Source of the DNA: Pavona decussata
Lineage: Eukaryota
NCBI GenBank assembly: GCA_977016875.1
Contig: CDRNST010000071.1
Location: 868,001-932,000, forward strand
Direction: 5' to 3'
Length of the DNA: 64,000 nt
Shown here piece after piece: positions 62,801 to 64,000 of the stretch (position 1 is its first letter; every line of letters starts with the position of its first letter). The position numbers and the translations under genes were made by a program. Below the pieces are notes generated by a model, which was given only the letters and a program-made list of their open reading frames with translations, did not search any database and was not told the DNA's origin.

Positions 62801-63556
62801 GGGAATGTCTTCACGCAGCTGTTGCTTACAAGACGGTCATTGATTGATTTCATTTGTTCAAATAACATCCTGTTTGTTCGAAAAAAATGGTATTAAACTC
62901 GACAAAAATCGACAAATTCATTTACACGCAGGTGCGCATGCAACAAAACTCAACCCCAAAATCAAAACTTGCAAGAAAGAAAAGCGGCAATTCGCAATAC
63001 AAAAGATTACTTTAACAATCAGCGCGCACAACTCTTACCTGTTGAGATTAAAATTCTCATAGCGTATAGCCGGTAAAGACAGGTCATTGTATTTTGTGTA
63101 CCAAGGAATACCGCCAACGAGTAAATCACTTGTGCCTCCAAACACGTATCTCCCATCTCCTGTGTAGTAGGTGCTGTTACTAAACTTGTCGTCCACGGTC
63201 ACCTTTGTTACGCTATAATTTCTTTGGACAGTTACTTTGTGCCACTTTCCGTCGGCGAGTTTATGACCAACAAGAAGACTTTGCGTTTCTTCGCAGTTTC
63301 CCATTTTCAGTCGCAGTCTGAGTCTTCCGTCCAACAGGGACAGAGAAATGAACTGACACTGTCCTTTGTCGTCCTCGTAAACCAGGAATCCGTTCTTGCT
63401 GTACGTCCTGAAGTGAAACTTCAATGAACCGTTTGTTTTCGCGTTCCATCCCTTAAAAACAGCGAAGGCTGTTGGGTCTTTTGAGAAACGAAGACCCGTG
63501 CCTGCTAAGGATCCGGCTATGAAACTGAGTTGAAAGAAGACCGCAATAGCAAGCAT
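56239..63556 (-). CDS. Neurexin-like gene E: signal peptide-LamG-EGF-LamG-Cys loop-stalk-TM-4.1m motif, ~564 aa
   Basis: Exons 63556-63039, 61842-61625, 58323-58105, 57443-57009 and 56543-56239 in frame (1695 nt). Motifs FHFRTYSKNGFLVYEDD, LADGKWHKV, FQGCI, CMNGGVC...CDCKGTGYEGTNC, FGLRTDAPNG and YDRQWHWV; TM followed by YRWNSRYSGSFK. Confidence 0.9.
57901..57948. repeat. (GAGT)n-like microsatellite
   Basis: Direct reading. Confidence 0.85.
58671..59395. mobile_element. Palindromic MITE interrupted by a LINE fragment; ~80-bp-arm hairpin centred at 59253
   Basis: Arms tttttatactag..gacgcatta.ccgtctggacgaac / gttcgtccagacggataatgcgtcttgtagtataaaaa; central hairpin 59173-59331. Confidence 0.75.
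58735..59170 (-). mobile_element. CR1/L2-type LINE 3' fragment with (CATA)n tail
   Basis: LDWERLSLRR...MMYKTINDLSPEYLQSLF...YLKRSFSYSGAMLWNNL; an inverted copy lies at 59463-59831. Confidence 0.8.
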
Positions 63557-64000
63557 TTCACTTACGTCCCACACAAGGGAGGTTCCATATTAGTTGAATA
63601 GCACAAAGCGAGAAAAAAGAGGGCGTGCTTTTCAACAAACTCGGAAAAAATACTTTACACTCGATCAATGACCAGACGTGCAAGAGGCCAAGTTAACCAA
63701 ATCGACCCTTCAAGGCGGCAGTGCGTCACTGCGAACTGGCCTCGCTTATCTCGCATATGATTGGCCAAACGAGCGATGTTATCCGGCTGTAGTACTTATT
63801 TGCACACGGCTGCGGCGGGAGTTGAATTCAGTGAGCCGGCGGTTGTAGAATAAATTGAATGAGTACGAGGCCTATGGATTACGTCACTGTTACTCCAACG
63901 TGCTCCTTAACGCTAAACGTTTTCCTGCACACGTTTTAGCATAAGTCTCTTTCTGTTCTTTGCAAATACGAAGTAAAGTCGCGAAGCAAAACATTTTTCA

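Noticed and set aside
28168-63556. One large alpha-neurexin/Caspr gene
   Set aside because: Each unit has its own Met plus signal peptide with no suitable acceptor noted, and its own stop-containing terminal exon.

Overview
AT-rich, intron- and repeat-rich animal genomic DNA. The repeat and gene content resembles a stony coral or other anthozoan; this is an inference. Left third: a 19-exon, 5'-incomplete NRBP pseudokinase gene (+, 2011-19395). Its largest intron carries a nearly intact Ngaro/DIRS-type tyrosine-recombinase retrotransposon nested in (ATT)n tracts inside a piggyBac-like MITE. Next come a convergent two-exon LRAT/NC-domain gene, a pogo-like MITE with a 6x93-bp internal array, and a Penelope RT relic inside a MITE. 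The right 36 kb holds the main signal: a head-to-tail array of five neurexin-like LamG(LNS)-EGF genes on the minus strand. Two are transmembrane 'mini-neurexins' (LNS-EGF-LNS, Cys-loop, TM, 4.1-binding motif). They bracket three single-LNS-EGF paralogues with GPI-like tails, one of them interrupted by an in-frame TGA. All five share intron phases and a related upstream GATA-containing motif. Gene models were read by eye from GT-AG junctions and frame continuity; no database searches were run.
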